This document shows, piece after piece, positions 61,673 to 64,000 of a DNA stretch of 64,000 nt. Every line of letters starts with the position of its first letter. Within the stretch, counting starts at the first letter, position 1. This DNA is from an uncultured delta proteobacterium (GTDB taxonomy: Bacteria; Myxococcota_A; Polyangia; Polyangiales; Polyangiaceae): contig CAVOKF010000005.1 of NCBI GenBank assembly GCA_963696385.1, forward strand, positions 224,001 through 288,000, given 5' to 3'. Both the position numbers and the translations under genes were made by a program. The notes under the pieces were generated by a model. The model did no database searches. It saw only the letters and a program-made list of their open reading frames with translations, and was not told the DNA's origin.

Positions 61673-62146
61673 ATGACAAAGCCAGAAGCGAAGGACGAGC
61701 AGCTGATCGTCAAAAATCGCCGCGCCGTTTTCGATTACGACATCACCGAGCGGTTCGAGGCGGGCCTCTCGCTCGCTGGCAGCGAAGTGAAAGCAATGCG
61801 CGCTGGAAAGGTGGACGTGTCCGATGCGTTCGTCTCGGTTGAACGCGGTGAGGCGTGGCTCCGGCAGATGTTCGTTGCGCCGTTCGAAGCCGCAAATGCC
61901 TTTCCCCACGAACCGCGTCGACCGCGCAAGCTCCTGCTTCACGCGCGTGAGATTGCTGTTATCGGCCGCGCGCTGGCGCGTGACGGCTGCACGGCGGTGC
62001 CGGTCCGTCTCTACTTCAAGCGCGGTCGCGTGAAGGTGGAGGTCGGGATCGGCACGGGTAGAAAGCACTACGACAAGCGGGCCCACATCGCGCAGCGTGA
62101 CGCGCAACGAGAGGCGCGGGCAGTAGTGCGCGGTGCGAAGCGATGA
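61673..62146 (+). CDS. smpB: SsrA-binding protein SmpB
   Basis: NRRA.FDY, EAGL.L.GSEVK, R.RKLLLH..EI, G.GRKHYDKR. Confidence 0.96.
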   Translation: MTKPEAKDEQLIVKNRRAVFDYDITERFEAGLSLAGSEVKAMRAGKVDVSDAFVSVERGEAWLRQMFVAPFEAANAFPHEPRRPRKLLLHAREIAVIGRALARDGCTAVPVRLYFKRGRVKVEVGIGTGRKHYDKRAHIAQRDAQREARAVVRGAKR

Positions 62147-62448
62147 AGGACGAGCGCGTAGCGCGAAGCCAGGGAGAGGCACATGTCCGATGGTCCAAGG
62201 GCGGTGAAGGGCGTATCGTGTCCATCGATGCGGAGTCCATTGTGCTTCGTTCCACGGTTCCGGCGCCCCCGGGATCGCGCATCGACGGTTTGACGGCGTC
62301 GCCAATCAGGTTTGCCGTGCGCGTCAAGATTCATGCGTGCAGGCGTCAGCCGGAGGGGGACTTTCTGCTCGAAGGCCGCCCGCTGGATTTGAAACGGGAG
62401 CAACGCGAGCGACTCCAGGTCGTGGCGCGGGAATGCCGCGGTCCGTGA
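62143..62448 (+). CDS. Small beta-rich hypothetical protein (PilZ-like barrel possible)
   Basis: ATGA overlap with smpB; STVPAPPGSRIDG..VKIHACRR. Confidence 0.6.
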   Translation: MKDERVARSQGEAHVRWSKGGEGRIVSIDAESIVLRSTVPAPPGSRIDGLTASPIRFAVRVKIHACRRQPEGDFLLEGRPLDLKREQRERLQVVARECRGP

Positions 62449-62505
62449 GGCCCGCGTAAGAGGGCCGCGGGAAGACGTGCCGAGGCCCTCTTTGTACGCG
62501 CTCGT

Positions 62506-63216
62506 TCACGGTTTGGTTCCAGAGCCGCTGCGGCGCGCAGCGGCCCGTCCGATCGCCATAAGTGCGCAGCCGATCGCCAAGACGACGAGGGCCATGGCGC
62601 TTGCGCGTTCCGACAGATCCATCGGAGGCACGCCGCCGAGCAGGTTTCGCAGGTGAGCCCGTGGGGTGATCGCGGCCGCCGACTCGTTTCCCGTTCCGAG
62701 CACCCAATCGAGGACGAGAAACGCGGCGCGCCCGCCGCCGCGCCGGCCGAAGGCCGCGCCGAGCGACAGCCATGATCCGTAGGCGGCTCCGCCGAGCGCG
62801 CCCGCATACGCGCTGGTGAGAGCGTCGCACGTTCGCGGTGGGTCCGCTGAGCCATGCGCGACCAGAGCCACCGCGGCCGCCAGCGACGCACCAAGCAGGC
62901 CGCAGGCCGCTACAGCGACCGCGACGATCGCCATGGCGGCGCCGGTCGGGCTCGCCCCGAACGCGACGAGCGGTCTGCTCGACCCGGAGAGCGAGCGGGT
63001 GCCGCAGACGGCGCCGACCATCACGTACGCGATGAGTGGAAGCGCCAGCGCCGCGTACGTCTCCACGAGTGCGTGATCCGCCCCGTGCACCCAGCCTCCG
63101 GCATGCGCTATGAACGCCGCCGTTACGGCGAGCGCGCACCATGCCATGACGGCGACCAGACTCCGAGGCGTTCGCGTGAGTCGCGCGAACGGGGGTCGTG
63201 CGAGCACCCCGATCAT
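62506..63216 (-). CDS. Membrane protein, probable ABC-2-type permease
   Basis: About 6 TM; ATGA overlap with the upstream ABC ATPase. Confidence 0.7.
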   Translation of the reverse strand: MIGVLARPPFARLTRTPRSLVAVMAWCALAVTAAFIAHAGGWVHGADHALVETYAALALPLIAYVMVGAVCGTRSLSGSSRPLVAFGASPTGAAMAIVAVAVAACGLLGASLAAAVALVAHGSADPPRTCDALTSAYAGALGGAAYGSWLSLGAAFGRRGGGRAAFLVLDWVLGTGNESAAAITPRAHLRNLLGGVPPMDLSERASAMALVVLAIGCALMAIGRAAARRSGSGTKP

Positions 63217-64000
63217 CGCGCCCTCGCTGAATCGGTCTCGGTCGACGCCTCGGGTGCACGGGAAAGGATCGTTCGCATTCGCTCGTACGCGTTCGCATGA
63301 GTGGCGGCCGCGATGCCAGCGGATGCGGCGCGCGCTTCCTCGAGCGTTGGTGGTTGAAGGCGAAGCTCGGCAACGACGACACTCGCTTCGATGGCTGCGT
63401 GGGCCGCGGCTCGAGCGAGCGCCAAGGGGTCGCTGCCGCGCGCGCGTACGACGGCTCCTTGGTGTTCGACGGCGCAGACGTCCTGTGCCCGGGCGATTTC
63501 GGCCGCGAGGGCTAAAGCTTGTTGGACGTCGCCGACCAGCATCACGACCTCGGTGCCGTCCGGCGAGAAGCCCATCAAAGGCTCGAGCGATGCGACGCGT
63601 CCGATGACCACCCCGGCCCTCAGGATGAGGTGATCGGTGGCGATTTCGCTGGCATCGCGCATCGACGCCGTCGCGCATATGATCGCGCAGCCGGAGCGAG
63701 CCTTTGCGCGAAGGGCCTCGGCCACCTGGCAGGCCGCGCGCGGGTCGATGGTGCAAAACGGCTCCTCGATCAGCAGGACACGAACTTGGCTTGACGTGAG
63801 CGCCTCCGCGAGCGCGATGGCGCGCATCTCTCCCCGCGAGAGCGACCGCACGAGCCGCTTAGCCAATGATTCGACACCGAGCGTAGCGAGTCGCTCGGCC
63901 GCGTGGCCCGGTTGGTTCCCGCGTATGACCGCAGCCACGTCGAGCGTCTCGTCGACGCGAAGCCCTTCGGGCAGCGACAGCTCCAAGGGGACGCGAGCGA
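63213..64000 (-). CDS. ABC transporter ATP-binding protein, degenerate motifs (5' end outside window)
   Basis: LSRGEMRAIALAEAL signature variant, LLIEEP Walker B variant. Confidence 0.75.
   Translation of the reverse strand, partial: ARVPLELSLPEGLRVDETLDVAAVIRGNQPGHAAERLATLGVESLAKRLVRSLSRGEMRAIALAEALTSSQVRVLLIEEPFCTIDPRAACQVAEALRAKARSGCAIICATASMRDASEIATDHLILRAGVVIGRVASLEPLMGFSPDGTEVVMLVGDVQQALALAAEIARAQDVCAVEHQGAVVRARGSDPLALARAAAHAAIEASVVVAELRLQPPTLEEARAASAGIAAATHANAYERMRTILSRAPEASTETDSARAR

Noticed and set aside
61673..62500. tmRNA (ssrA) next to smpB
   Set aside because: Flanks are fully coding and no tRNA-like ends were found

Overview
High-GC bacterial chromosomal window, by gene content and protein style probably Myxococcota (Polyangiaceae/Labilithrix-like; inference). 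Positions 1-8171 hold the 3' part of the spc and alpha ribosomal superoperon (rpsH end to rplQ, with secY, adk, infA, rpmJ, rpoA). The rest is densely packed housekeeping and envelope genes: acyP, lpxC, pyrG, an ABC substrate-binding protein, dacB, an RpoD-like sigma factor, nikR, MATE, a double-domain Ser/Thr kinase, carB, a lytic transglycosylase, radC, a MacAB-type efflux operon, sua5, an OprO/P-type porin, an S1-domain protein, ilvE, UDG, Smr, NUDIX, cysE and smpB. I found no rRNA, tRNA, CRISPR array or mobile element. Best candidates for undescribed biology: (i) a secreted module of a circularly permuted SpoIVB/S55 protease, an FGE-fold protein, a hidden zinc-ribbon microprotein and a beta-propeller protein; (ii) a MacAB-type exporter with a duplicated ~4-TM accessory domain, one copy fused to the ATPase; (iii) a single-HKD PLD-fold protein with a Cas4/EndoIII-like CxxCx5C motif; (iv) a small basic protein under a consensus-like promoter; (v) an orphan FliJ/SctO-like protein coupled to Slt; (vi) many apparently leaderless or short-leader starts. 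Several single-base frameshifts, two of them in normally essential sua5, suggest assembly errors. All family calls come from motif recognition, not database searches.
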